Assembly (NCBI GenBank): GCA_011109175.1
Contig: RDEW01000019.1
Location: 308,028-372,027, forward strand
DNA length: 64,000 bases
Reading direction: 5' to 3'
DNA from: Dicyema japonicum
Taxonomy: Eukaryota > Animalia > Dicyemida
Within the stretch, counting starts at the first letter, position 1; each line of letters opens with the position of its first letter. Positions 50,600 to 62,570 of the stretch are shown piece after piece. The translations under genes were made by a program, and so were the position numbers. The notes beneath the pieces are model-generated. The model saw nothing but the letters and a program-made list of their open reading frames with translations, did not search any database and was not told where the DNA came from.

Positions 50600-52935
50600 A
50601 GGTTGTTATAACAAATGTGAAAAAATGTCACGTGGCTCACCTACGATGTGGTGTATTGCACAGTTTATGTGAAAAAGATCCAATTTGGTACAAAAATCAA
50701 CTATTGGACCAGAGAGGATCTATTATATTAGACAACATTGACGACTTGGTAATCCTTAACAACAGGAATAATATACAAGAACTCTTTCAAGAAATGGTGA
50801 CTCTCCAACCTCACCAGATCTGACTCTTGCCGTCCCATCAATTGCTTCGACTATTACATGGGACGTTATCTACGATTTGCACACAGATCACAATACTATT
50901 GAAAATCCTGGGAAAACACAAGATTAATGTAACTCGCAATACTTTAATCAACTTCTCACGTGCGAATTGGCTTGAGTACATGATTTTTATTGAAGACTCC
51001 CTATCCTCTTTCCGAATAGAGAACTTTTCCTCGATAGATGCGGTCGTTGGATTTATTAATGAAAAGATTTTGCAAGGGCCCGAAAAAAGTTTATTCCAAT
51101 GGGGCGATTCAAGACTTTTTCAGATAAATTCGACACAAAAACGAGGGTCCTTATTGCGAGAAGAAATAGACTAAAGAAAACTAGATACAACAGCATCCTT
51201 GAATACTGAAATTACAAATCTGAATAAGGAAACTACCAAAAGAATCAGAAATAAAAACAAAAAAATGGGAGGCTGCTTTGATGTCTGTAAACAGACATCA
51301 TCATTATGGAGAACACTACGGAAACTCAAACAGATTCCCATACAACATACACTAGGAATTAATCCTGACACACTTATGAAATTTTATGTCAGTTTAAGCC
51401 ACAAACCATATTTGAAACTGGAGCATCAATCGAAACACAAGAAAAAATATCCATACATCGAGGTATTTCATGCAATTAAATACATGAAAAATACAAAATC
51501 CAAAGGGGCGGATGACATTTCAATAACTGAATTGAAACACTTTGGGCCAATAGCAATCGATGCCCTTACTGAGATTTTCAATTACTCAGTGAATAGAAAT
51601 GAGATTCCCTCATTGTGGAAAAAATCGCTTATACATCCAATACCTAAAAAGAACAAAGCCTTAGACGACCCCGGAGTTATCGTCCAACATCGAATTTTTG
51701 CGGCCTTTCAAGAACATTGGAAAAATTAATCCTTCACAAGATTAGTCATTCGCCTGATCTTGCAAATTTCCAACATGGCTTCAGATCGGGATACTCAACT
51801 TCAACACATCCAACAAAACTAACTCAGTTCATCTCGGGTGGACTGAACTACTCAAAACCACATAAAAGGACGGTACTTGTCGCTCTGGATATCGAGAAGG
51901 CGTTTGATTCGGTACCGAGGAAAACTCTAACGACAAAAATTTTTGACACCGATATCCATCCGAAAATCCAGATGTGGATGGCCAATTTCATTAATGGTAG
52001 AAGAGGCCAAGTTGTCATAATAATAGAAAATCAAGACAACGATACCTTTCCAACGGGGTCCCTCAAGGATCCCCTTTATCACCAACCTTGTTCAATTTAG
52101 TTACAAGAGACCTTCCAAATCCAAAATACCATCCTTCTGTCTTATGCCGACGATCTCACTGTCGCAGCAAGACACCAAGACCATAAAGAAGCTGCACGAA
52201 GGGTTCAGGAGACCCTCGACATTATGAACCCATGGTTCCTCAAAAATTATATGAAAATATCCCCTGGGAAGTCGAGCACTGCGATTATCTCCTCCTACAG
52301 GAGACATACATCCTTCGATCCTAAATTAATTCGGAATGAAGAGCGTATCCCAGTTAATAAGAACCCATCAATCCTTGGAGTTACATATGACCCGTTGATG
52401 ACGTTCACACACATGTGGACACAATAATTCCAAAAGTTTAAAAAAAGATGGGGATCTCAAGACCTTTGCTAGATCGCCAATATTTTCACTTTCTCATCTC
52501 AAATTATTATACAAACAGTATATTCTACCGACAATGGAACATGCATGTACGGCGTGGATTACACCCTTGTCAATATCCACGCAGAACAAATTAAAGGTCA
52601 TACAAAACCAATGCCTCCGGATCCTTCTTAATAGTGACGGAATGACGCCTACGCCAGAAATGAGAAACAAATTAGATCTCAAAAAAGTTATGGAACATCT
52701 CGGTAACGAACAACAAAGATTATTGAAAATGGCGCGATCTTCTGGTAACCACTTTGAAGATGAGTTTCCTGCCTACCAGAAGTATGCTTGCAATTTGAGA
52801 TCAAACTTTCCCCTTTTTGGACGATCAAATAAAATTGCAGAAAAGTCGAAATAAAAAAAGACGCACTGACACAGGATCACTTAATTAGACGATAACTTTT
52901 TCCTCTTTCCTGTGTTCCCGGAGTTATAATAATAA
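50600..52935 (+). mobile_element. I/Jockey-group LINE, 5'-truncated, (ATA)n tail
   Basis: End of APE (WDVIYDLHTDH); RT QHGFRSG, ALDIEKAFDSVPR, SYADDLTV and LGVTYDPL. Confidence 0.88.
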
Positions 52936-52979
52936 CTAATGTGAAAAGAAGACTAACGTGTTGGAATGTCTCCGGCTTA

Positions 52980-53680
52980 TGGAAGATCGGAAATCATTCT
53001 ATTTTGAAATCTATGTACAACCAATACATTTAGTCATGCATTTCTTATGCATGTGGCATATGGGGGCATTTATTTCTTGGGCTAATGTTTTGAAGATCTA
53101 AGCTAGACAAAAAAAAGCTTCTAAAATTACGGAACGATAGACTTCTGGAAAGTTCAGTCTCCAATGCCTCTGGAATACCTATACGTAAGAACCGAGGAGC
53201 GTTCCGTTGTGACTATGAAGATCCAGTTATTCGGCCGATACGTGAGGAGGAGCAACGGGTCAAGTTAAAGTCTCTGCTAAAGTTTACTGGCATCTCGTGA
53301 TTAGCTAGTTTGTGTTACCGTGGTCTTTGATAATTATTATTATTTAATGACTAACTCAATGTCTACATCGATCCTCGACTTTTCTCTCTATGACATTTGA
53401 CACAGCGATGACTTTCAGCAAACATGTGTTGAATGTGATCAATGCGTTAACAAGAAATTGAATTTGAATGTTACTTTCCAAGTTCGAAAGATGATTAAAC
53501 TCGACGCCTGGATCCCTTGTATACACAAATCATCGAGCCAGCCATCAGTTATGATCTTGCCGCTTGGAGAACAAATCTAACCAGAACAAACGTTGAGAAA
53601 ATTAAATATAGCCGTCACCAAGGTACAACCTACCATCAGAACTAGACAACGATCTGAAGCCAATTATACGGAAACTAAAA
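52980..53680 (+). mobile_element. Two further tandem 3' fragments of I/Jockey-group LINEs
   Basis: MYNQYI.SCISYACGIWG with an (ATT)n tail near 53335; TFDTAMTFSKHV..LYTQIIEPAISYDLAAW. Confidence 0.6.
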
Positions 53681-54297
53681 ACAGCAGACAATATAGATTT
53701 GTTGAGAGGAAATGAAAAACCAGCAAGTATGTTGGAAAAGGGAGTAGAAAAATCGTTTTGGATTATTTCACATTCATCTTTAGTGGAACCCGGGTTAGGG
53801 ACCACTGGTTTAGATTGATGAAACTTTTTACTAATATTAGCCAAGTGGTTATCTGATCGAGAGGTTGAGGTGCCACATACCTCTATCACTCAAAATCTCT
53901 GGAGGAGAGAGATACCTGAAATCATATGTTCTGAACTAAAGAAGTACCCGAGATGTGAAATATCAAGGTTCAAATCCCATCAAACCCAAAAAGTCTGTGA
54001 GAATCTGGGCGTGTAGGATGATTGCTAATTGAGTCCTTTGCAGTAAAATGGTGTCTCGATAGTAAAATTAGTGCGAATTACCCAAAGTTCGTAAAGGTTT
54101 GTGATGATAACCTAATGGTTCTATCTGACTGATCGTTATTAATTAGCAGTGCCAGTTGGCATAAAATCAGTAAAATGCTTCTCCTATAAAAGCTAATCAA
54201 GTATCTGTCAGATCATTGATTAGTTTCATTATATGCTCCAAACTGCGATTTATCTTTAATCCAAGAAGTGAATGTAGGCTTTAATAGTAATATACAG

Positions 54298-57200
54298 ATG
54301 GAAGTCCCCTTAACTGAAAGTATGAAATATTTGGAAGTCGACAAACAAAAACTGTTACAGGAAATGCCACCGTCGGATAACAAAAAGGCTTGCTGGATCC
54401 CCGATGAAAAGGAATGCTACATACAAGCCACGATCGTAAAAACTGACGGAAAAGTAGTAACCGTTCACGTAGATGGAAAGGGAGAGGTTGTCTTACAAAT
54501 TACTGTAGATTACAAGCAATGAAGATGACATTCAGCCAATGAACCCCAGAAATACGAATTGACTACGGATATGTCGACATTAACACATCTTAATGACCCA
54601 AGCATATTGTATAACTTGAGGAGAAGGTACACGAACTCATTCATATATGTAAAATTGCTTAAACAGGGGATAGACATATTCTGGATTGTTCTGTATTGCA
54701 ATAAACCCCTACAGACGTCTCCCAATCTACACCAAGGAAGTGGTTCAGCAATATAAAGGGAAAAGAAGGACTGAAATGCCTCCTCACTTATATGCCGTGG
54801 CTGATATTGCTTATCAGAATATGCTACAAGGTTGTCTAATAGCTGTCACTCGTATTAAGCGATTTAATAATTATTATAGTCAATACAAACATTTGTAAAT
54901 TTATTTAAATAAACTTAAATAAATAAATAAATAATAAATAATTTAAATAAATAAATAAAAATTTATAGACCGGGAGAATCAATCAGTCTTGATAACGTTT
55001 TATTTGAGTAAATAATTTCAGGGGAGAATCTGGGGCAGGGAAAACTGAAAATACTAAAAAAGTTATTCAATATTTTGCTTTGGTGGCTGCCACCTCGGTT
55101 AAAAAAGATGAAACGGAGACCAAAGGGGTAATCATGGTTTATTATTAAAATTAGACTCTGGAAGACCAGATTGTGCAGGCAAATCCTGTATTAGAGGCAT
55201 ATGGGAATGCGAAAACAACACGTAACAACAACTCTTCTCGATTTGTAGGATTTATCCATATTATAGGGAAAATTTGTTAGAATTCATTTCGGTATGACTG
55301 GGAAGATTGCAGGAGCTGACATTGAGACTTGTTGGTGAATTAATAATTATAGATTTGCTCGAAAAGTCAAGAGTTACTATGTGCGGATCAAAAGAGCGAA
55401 ATTACCACATTTTTTATCAAATTTTATCAAATTCAATTCCTGAATATACCGGTGGTCCTAGTTTAATAAAAATAGAAAAACTTTTGCTGGATCCGAATCC
55501 ATCCAAATACAAGTTCGTCTCTAATGGGTCCCTGACCGTGGATAACATGGATGACAAGGAAGAGATGATTTTGACGGATGTTTGTGACATTTTTAATATC
55601 AGAAAGCTTTTGATATTCTGGGATTCACTAACGAAGAGAAACTGAGTGTACTGAAGTGCACAGGTGCTATTCTTCACCTGGGAGAAATGAAGTTCAAACA
55701 GAGACCAAAGGAAGAACAGGCGGAAGCCGACGATACCTCAGGTTTATGACTAAATTAATAGTCAGAGGCTGAAAAGGCTGCGTATTTACTTGGAGTTAAC
55801 GCACAGGATCTTTTAAATTCCTTATTAAAACCGAGAGTCAAGGTGGGTGCAGAATTTGTCACCAAAGGACAAAATTTAGATCAGGTACGTTATAGACAAA
55901 CTTTAAAGGTAACCAATTCAGTGGGAGCCATCGCAAAGTCGACTTATGAGAGGATGTTCAACTGGCTCGTAAAGCGTGTAAACAAAACTCTTGCGACAAA
56001 TGTTAAGCGACAGCATTTCATCGGTGTATTGGACATTGCAGGATTCGAAATATTTGACTTCAATACATTCGAGCAGCTTTGCATAAACTACACGAATGAG
56101 AGATTGCAACAGTTTTTCAACCACCACATGTTTGTCCTCGAACAAGAAGAGTACAAGAAACAGGAGATCGAATGGGAATTTATAGATTTTGGAATGGATC
56201 TTCAGTCCTGTATTGACCTCATCGAAAAGGTTTTATTTTAGACTCAAATATTAGCCGATGGGAATTTTGTCTATTCTCGAGGAAGAATGCATGTTTCCTA
56301 AGGCCACCGATAAAAGCTTTATGGAAAAACTGTACAACAACCACGCTGGGAAAACTGCTGCCTTCACAAAGCCAAAGGTTCAAAAAGCATCTCCTCCCGT
56401 CCACTTTGAGATTCATCATTATGCTGGAACTGTTAACTTCAAAAATAACTTTTAGGTTGGATATAACATTGATAATTGGCTGGAAAGAAACAAAAATCCG
56501 ATCAGCGACAGTGTTATAGAAGTTTTAAGTGATTCCAAGGATCCCCTCGTCTCTGAACTGTATAAGAAAAGTCACAATTCATATGAAAGTTAGGTGAAGA
56601 CGACGGTAAAGCCGGTGGTGGGAAAAAACGGAAAGGTGCTTCCTCGCAAACGATTTCTTCAGTTCATAAAGTCTTAAAAATTCAAATAAATTAGGAATCA
56701 TTGGGGAAGTTGATGATAAATTTGTACAGCACACATCCTCACTTTGTCCGCTGTATTATTCCCAATGAAAATAAAGAACCTGGTTTTATTTTGGTCATTA
56801 TAGGAGGGATTATTGACTCGCATCTTGTTCTCCACCAATTGCAGTGTAATGGAGTTTTGGAAGGAATTAGAATTTGTCGTAAAGGCTACCCTAATAGGAT
56901 GACATACCCTGAATTCAAGCAAAGATACTCAATACTTGCCCCCAATGCAATCCCTCAAGGATTTGTTGATGGAAAAGTTGTCACGGAAAAGATTTTAGCA
57001 GCATTAAACCTTGAACTCAACAGCAACAAACTAGGAGTCACAAAAGTGTTTTTCAAGGCAGGAATCCTGGGAACCTTAGAAGAGATAAGGGACGATAGAC
57101 TTGGCCGTATTATTGGAATGTTTCAAGCAAATATTCGAGGTTATCTGTGCAGAAAGTTTTACAAGAGACTTCAAGATCAAAGGTCACGTCCGTAATATAT

Positions 57201-58043
57201 TTTAGAATTGGTTTATCGATAATCCAGAGGAACAAAGGAAGCATTTACAATTACGCACGTGGGCTTGGTGGAAATTATTCCTAAAGGTCGTCTCGTATAT
57301 GTATATCAGGTCAAACCGCTCTTGAATGTTGCACGGCAAGAGGATGAAATGAAAATGAAAGAGCAGGAGTTAAAGGAGACTAAAGAAAAGCTGGAAAAGA
57401 TCGACAAATTGAAGATAGAATTGGAAGAACAGAATATAAAGCTTTTGAAGGAAAAGGATGAGCTTATAATGCAAATAAAGGGGGAACAAAATAGTTTGGA
57501 CGATGCTCAGGAGATGATTGACAATTTGATCAACCAAAAGTGCGAGATGGAACAGAAAATTAAAGAATTTGAGGATAGAATATTCGACGAAGAGGACATT
57601 AACGCAAAACTGGAAGACTCGAAAATAAAAATGGAGGAAGAAATCGAAAATTTGAAAAAGGATGTCGACGACCTCGAAGACTTGTGGGCTAAAGTAAATT
57701 TCCTGACTAACTCGAAGGCTGAGAGTGATAATAAGAAATACAATGAACAAATCGAGAAAACGAATAAGGAAATGACTAACAAAAATGATGAGATAGAGAA
57801 TTTATTGTAGACCAAGAAGAAACTGGAATTTGAGTTGTCGGAATCCGAGGACAAGTTGAGCGAATCCCTACAAAAAGTTTCGCAGTTTAGTCAAGCAAAT
57901 TCTAAAATGGAAAATGAGATTGAAACCGTATTTTTAATTTAAACAAACGCCAGCTTTCGAGCGACCTCACTAAGGAGACGAAAGTTAGAGCCAACTTGGA
58001 GAAAACCAAGTCAAAATTGGACAACGAAGTCAAAACTCTTAAG
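54298..58043 (+). pseudogene. Striated-type myosin II heavy chain (head, IQ neck, S2), lacking the LMM tail; disabled as sequenced
   Basis: [41 protein letters not shown] and [14 protein letters not shown]; 20 introns (19 of about 21-27 nt). 1-nt deletions near 54545 and 57235 and an in-frame TAG at 57808-57810. Confidence 0.9.
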
Positions 58044-58964
58044 ATTATGAAGAATCTTCACGTTGTATTTACTATGAATCCGTCTGAGGAAGGCCTTAAA
58101 GATAAGGCGTCGGCATCTCCAGCATTGTTTAATAGGTTTGTTTATTCAACATTATCAGATGCGTTTTGAATTGGTTTGGCGATTGGTCTAGAAATGCTCT
58201 TTACCAGGTAGCTTCTGAATTCTTGACTCGTCTTGATTTGGAGTCCCAGAATGTATTTATGAAATTAAGACTTTAGTATGATTATGATGGTGTGTGTTGA
58301 AATGGTCATTCCTAATACTATTTATCCATTAACACTGAGGAACGCTATAACAAATGCAATGATTCATATCCATGAGAGTGTGGAAGAGTTAATGAAGATT
58401 TACGAAGGAAGAAACTTCCGACGACATTTTTGACACCACGAATTACCTTGATTTGATAAATCACTATGTTATAGTTTTTACTCAATTTAGGTGTCTATTT
58501 TTAATGAGAAAAAGCTTGAAATTAGAAGAACAACAGTTACATATTGATGTGGGTCTTGGGAAAATTAATGAGACTGTACACACAAGTGACGAACTAAGAA
58601 AAATCGTTACAGTCAAACGGGCGGACCTGGATAGCAAAATGAGGCTGCAAATGCTAAGCTACATCAAATGGTGTAATAACTTGATTTTTATTCTTAGTTA
58701 AGAGATCAAACAGGAGACAGAAAAAAGACGAACAGAGTCGAGCGCAATGAGAGAGGAAATAAATCAGAGACAGAAACAGATAGTTAAATTCGGAGCTGTC
58801 GTTGGTTGAGCCTGCTGTTAATGAAACAAACTTGGTTATAATGTGTAATAATAGTTAGCTGTGAAGAGTATAAAGAGCAGAATTTGGTAGAGATTAAAGC
58901 CTTGAACAGTCCGCCTTCCTCCATCAAGCTTGCAGTTGAATCTGTTGCCACTTTGCTTGGAAAA
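58044..58964 (+). pseudogene. DYNC1H1: Cytoplasmic dynein 1 heavy chain internal fragment (end of AAA4, stalk CC1, start of MTBD)
   Basis: [61 protein letters not shown] and SIKLAVESV; five 23-27 nt introns; several frameshifts. Confidence 0.9.
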
Positions 58965-58965
58965 A

Positions 58966-59390
58966 TGGTTCCTTGAAATGAACCATCGCAAAACTGACAT
59001 TGTGGAAGTCAGAATGGAATGCAGATCAAGTGAAACATGGCGAAAACAAACAAACTTGGCTCTTTACTTGGAGACAGTCAAGATTTTGCCAAAAGGAAAG
59101 CCCTCGCTTGGGTAACGATGAACAAGTTAAAGAAAGAGTGGGTTGGCAAACGACAATCCTGCACACCACTTCGTTTGAGACTGTATGAAGCCTTTGTCAA
59201 GCCGATCTAGTGTACAATTCATCGACCTGAGGAACGTCCAAAATTGAACTACTTGGACTAGACTCTTTCCATCGAAGACAACTTAGATCCCTACTAGGAC
59301 TGAACTGGCCAGCAAGAAGTGAAAACGAGTTGAGGAAACTCTCCTACGATTGAGGAGGTTAAGAAATTGGTTCGGAGGATTGTTTTGAAT
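58966..59390 (+). mobile_element. RTE-like LINE C-terminal remnant truncating the dynein fragment
   Basis: LGSLLGDSQDFAKRKALA, LRLYEAFVKP and LDSFHRRQLRSLLG. Confidence 0.75.
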
Positions 59391-59499
59391 GCTGCACGAG
59401 TGAAATTATAACTATTATATTTTACAAATGTTGTTTATAATAATATAAACGTGATTTTTATTTCTGCGATAATGGATGAAAATTGGCAAATAACCAGAA

Positions 59500-60460
59500 A
59501 TAAAAACCGTGATACTCTTCAAATTGGGTGCCGCATGGAAACAACATTGTCATCAACGCTTAAATTTTTTATCGTACGTAACTTTGTAAGATTTTTTGAA
59601 TGTCTTAAGTTATCTTCACGTTTTATGCGCTTAAACTACAAAAATTGAAATTGCTAAACTTCGTTCAAAAAATGGAGTATTCAATTCGATAACTCGCGAG
59701 AATGTTTGACACAAGTATCGGAACAATCTCTAGACTCAAGAGAAACATTGTTCCATTCACAAAAATGGACAGATTTATTCAAATGCAGAGACTTCAGAGT
59801 GAATCACTAGTGAAAAGCAGAAAGTTTGGATTCAAAAATTTTGGATGTATTTCAACACTAAGAAAACAAAACGTTCCCATTTCCGGACCATTAATCCAAA
59901 AAATCGGTATTATTGTAATTCTTAAAATCGTTTTATTAGGACTGAAAGTCGCATCTAGAATCTTACTTCAAATTTTTAAGGCTTCAAACGGATGGCTAGA
60001 AAAATAAATTAAATTTTTAATTCGATTTAATATCAAAATTGACAAATATGAAAAAAAAGATTTTCAATTGCGACGAAACGTGTCTTTTATTCGACGTAGT
60101 CCAAAAAAAATTTTTATTCAAAACAATGAAGAATTATTTGGTTTCAAGCAGAGCAAAGAATAAATAACTGTCTTGCTCTGCTGCAGCTATACAGGATAAA
60201 AATTAGACCTTTTGATTATTGGAAAGTTTCATAATCCAAGATGCTTTAGAATTTCCTCCCGTCAAACCATAATGTTGTATTCTTCATCAAAAAATGCATG
60301 GATGACAAAATATGTGTATAGATGTTGGCTTCATAGGATTAATGAACTTTTTTTATCACAAAATCTGAAAATTATTCTGCTTTTGGACAATGTTGGGCCT
60401 CACAATAATCTTAAGAAAATTATTCTGCTATTGGACAATGCTCACTGTATACTTTGAATC
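59500..60460 (+). mobile_element. Tigger/pogo transposase remnant with a 33-nt intron at 59907-59939
   Basis: NVPISGPLIQKIG|LKVA..FKASNGWLEK, DETCLLF, LLIIGKFHNPRCF, AWMT and KIILLLDN. Confidence 0.8.
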
Positions 60461-60469
60461 TGCTCTACG

Positions 60470-61020
60470 AGATCTCGGGAAGTACTACATCGACGAAATT
60501 ATGGAAATTGTTTACAGCGGTGATATTTACTGTATCAAGTAACAAAGATGCACTAAGACGACCGATGGAGGTAGCACCAGACCGCCGGCTATATGGTCTT
60601 AATTAATGACAATTCGAAACGGATATCGTCGATATCAAAAGGACGGAACCACGCAGTACTGAAAACTAGAGAAACGCCAAAAACTTGGCTCGTTTTTAAC
60701 GACTCAGAAGACATTGCCAGAAAGATATTATAATCTACGGTGACTATACAGAAGCTTTTGAAATGTTGCATCACTCCGACTAAGATTGTATGAGGCTATC
60801 GTGAAATTTATCATTAAATATTTCTTTGGAAAATGGCGTATCTCGAAAACAGATGACGAAGGCTCGACTCCCTTAATAGAAATCAACTACATTCTCTCTT
60901 GGGATTAAGTGGCTTACACTTTAGTTACGATTCGGAAGATGCATGCTGAACTACACTTTACAAATTGGCAGATCAAGGTTCGTGTAAGACGAACCTTCAA
61001 TGGGATGCTGGAACTCGTAG
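60470..61020 (+). mobile_element. RTE-like LINE remnant
   Basis: KLGSFLNDSEDIARK, RLYEAIVK and DSLNRNQLHSLLGIKW. Confidence 0.55.
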
Positions 61021-61029
61021 CGTAGATGT

Positions 61030-62570
61030 TGTGCGCATTTCATTTTCAAGTTGAACTTGGTGTGATTCAAGCTGTCTCTGTACCTTTAAGCTTGTGGAGA
61101 AGGATCCAGTTCTGTTTATGTTGTTATGTATTATTTGATAAAGGTCACCCAATTGGTGTTCTAGAAAGGGGGTATGGTTCGTTTTTATTAATTTTGTGCT
61201 TCGTTTACTGTGTTTTTTATGGGTAGGGAAGATAAACGTCTCGTCTTCAAGGAGTTTTGATCAGTTTCGGAGTCTTTCAAAGAGAGTTGCATTAACTCAC
61301 CTGGCCTTAATATTTTATTATATGTCACCATTTTGGTTTATATTGCAGTATTCGAAGTAAAATGATGATGTTCCTTATATAGTCAATACTCCCATCATCG
61401 TTCACAACTGTTTGAACATATTCCTCTTCATTGAGAGTAATCGTGTGTGAGTAAAGCTAGTAGTTTAAGTCCTTATGATTAATTAGGATAATGCATACGC
61501 CGTTCTGCATAAATCAGAAGAAAACCGTACGTTCTTTAACACCTATCAAAGTCGATTACTTCTGTAATCGTCTTTTGAAGTGAAATTATTCTCTTAGAAA
61601 CGAAAGTATAGCTGTGTGATTCAGTTGTCCAACCAGGATAATAATTAAATCATAATAAATTTGAATTAATTAACACCAATTTTATATCCCAGAAAAGTGA
61701 ACGATTAAGTTAGTTAAATGTTAAATTGAACTCCGCAAGTTCCAAGTACATTATACTTGTTTTTAATGGCACTGCAGACTGAAATAACATTATTAATTAC
61801 GTAATTCACTTGTCCGCCTGCTTCTCTAAATATATTATTTTCTAACATATACAATTTATTATCTTGATAGATATTGTCTATTAGTTTTGCTTTATATCTA
61901 TACTAAATATAATATCATACGCCTCTGGATTTCCGAATGAATCGATACAAACGATAGCACTATATTATTATATTAAAAATACTATTTTAAATAATAAAGT
62001 TGGAAGTAATTTTAAAAATTTGAATAACACTTATTCCTCGAGGAAAGTCTACATTAATTACAAAAAAACTACATTTCTAAGCATGATAAATTTTCCGCAA
62101 ATTCGATCGATATGAATTTGAGGGATTTACATATCAAAATCTCTATAAATTTAAAAAATATATATAACATTCCATAATGGTGGGTGGGAATGTTTGGTTG
62201 TCTACAGATTTCAAACTTTCATCATAATAACCACATCGACTATGAATAATTAATAATAATTACAAAGCATCTAACTTCATTCCCAATAATGAAAAGTTAA
62301 CATAAGGTTCAAATTTAATATTTTGAACTTCTAATCCATTACTTTAAAATCAGGAAGGCCAGTTATTGAATATGTACAATTAATCCAATATCTTAATAAT
62401 TTATATTTAATACAGAATTCTACGCAACACTGTTATTCGTTTTTGCATATTCTGTGATGTTAATATATCGAATGACAAGTTTAACACAGAAAAGTGAACA
62501 TCTATGATGATTAAATACCAAAATAATGAATATACGATAACCACAAGAAATAAAAATTACTACATGAAAT
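61030..62570 (-). other. Probable unidentified host gene (or relic) with tiny introns
   Basis: Exon-like LYSHTITLNEEEYVQTVVNDDGSIDYIRNIIILLRILQYKPKW|PGELMQ with a 23-nt GT-AG intron; further exon-like blocks upstream; no full model. Confidence 0.3.

Noticed and set aside
53785-53805. Single Buster-like TIR (reverse complement CAGTGGTCCCTAACC)
   Set aside because: No partner TIR or TSD found.
55417-57854. Minus-strand ORFs over myosin, and similar antisense ORFs over EBP2, NUP50, INTS9 and POLK
   Set aside because: Shadows of the real coding strand.
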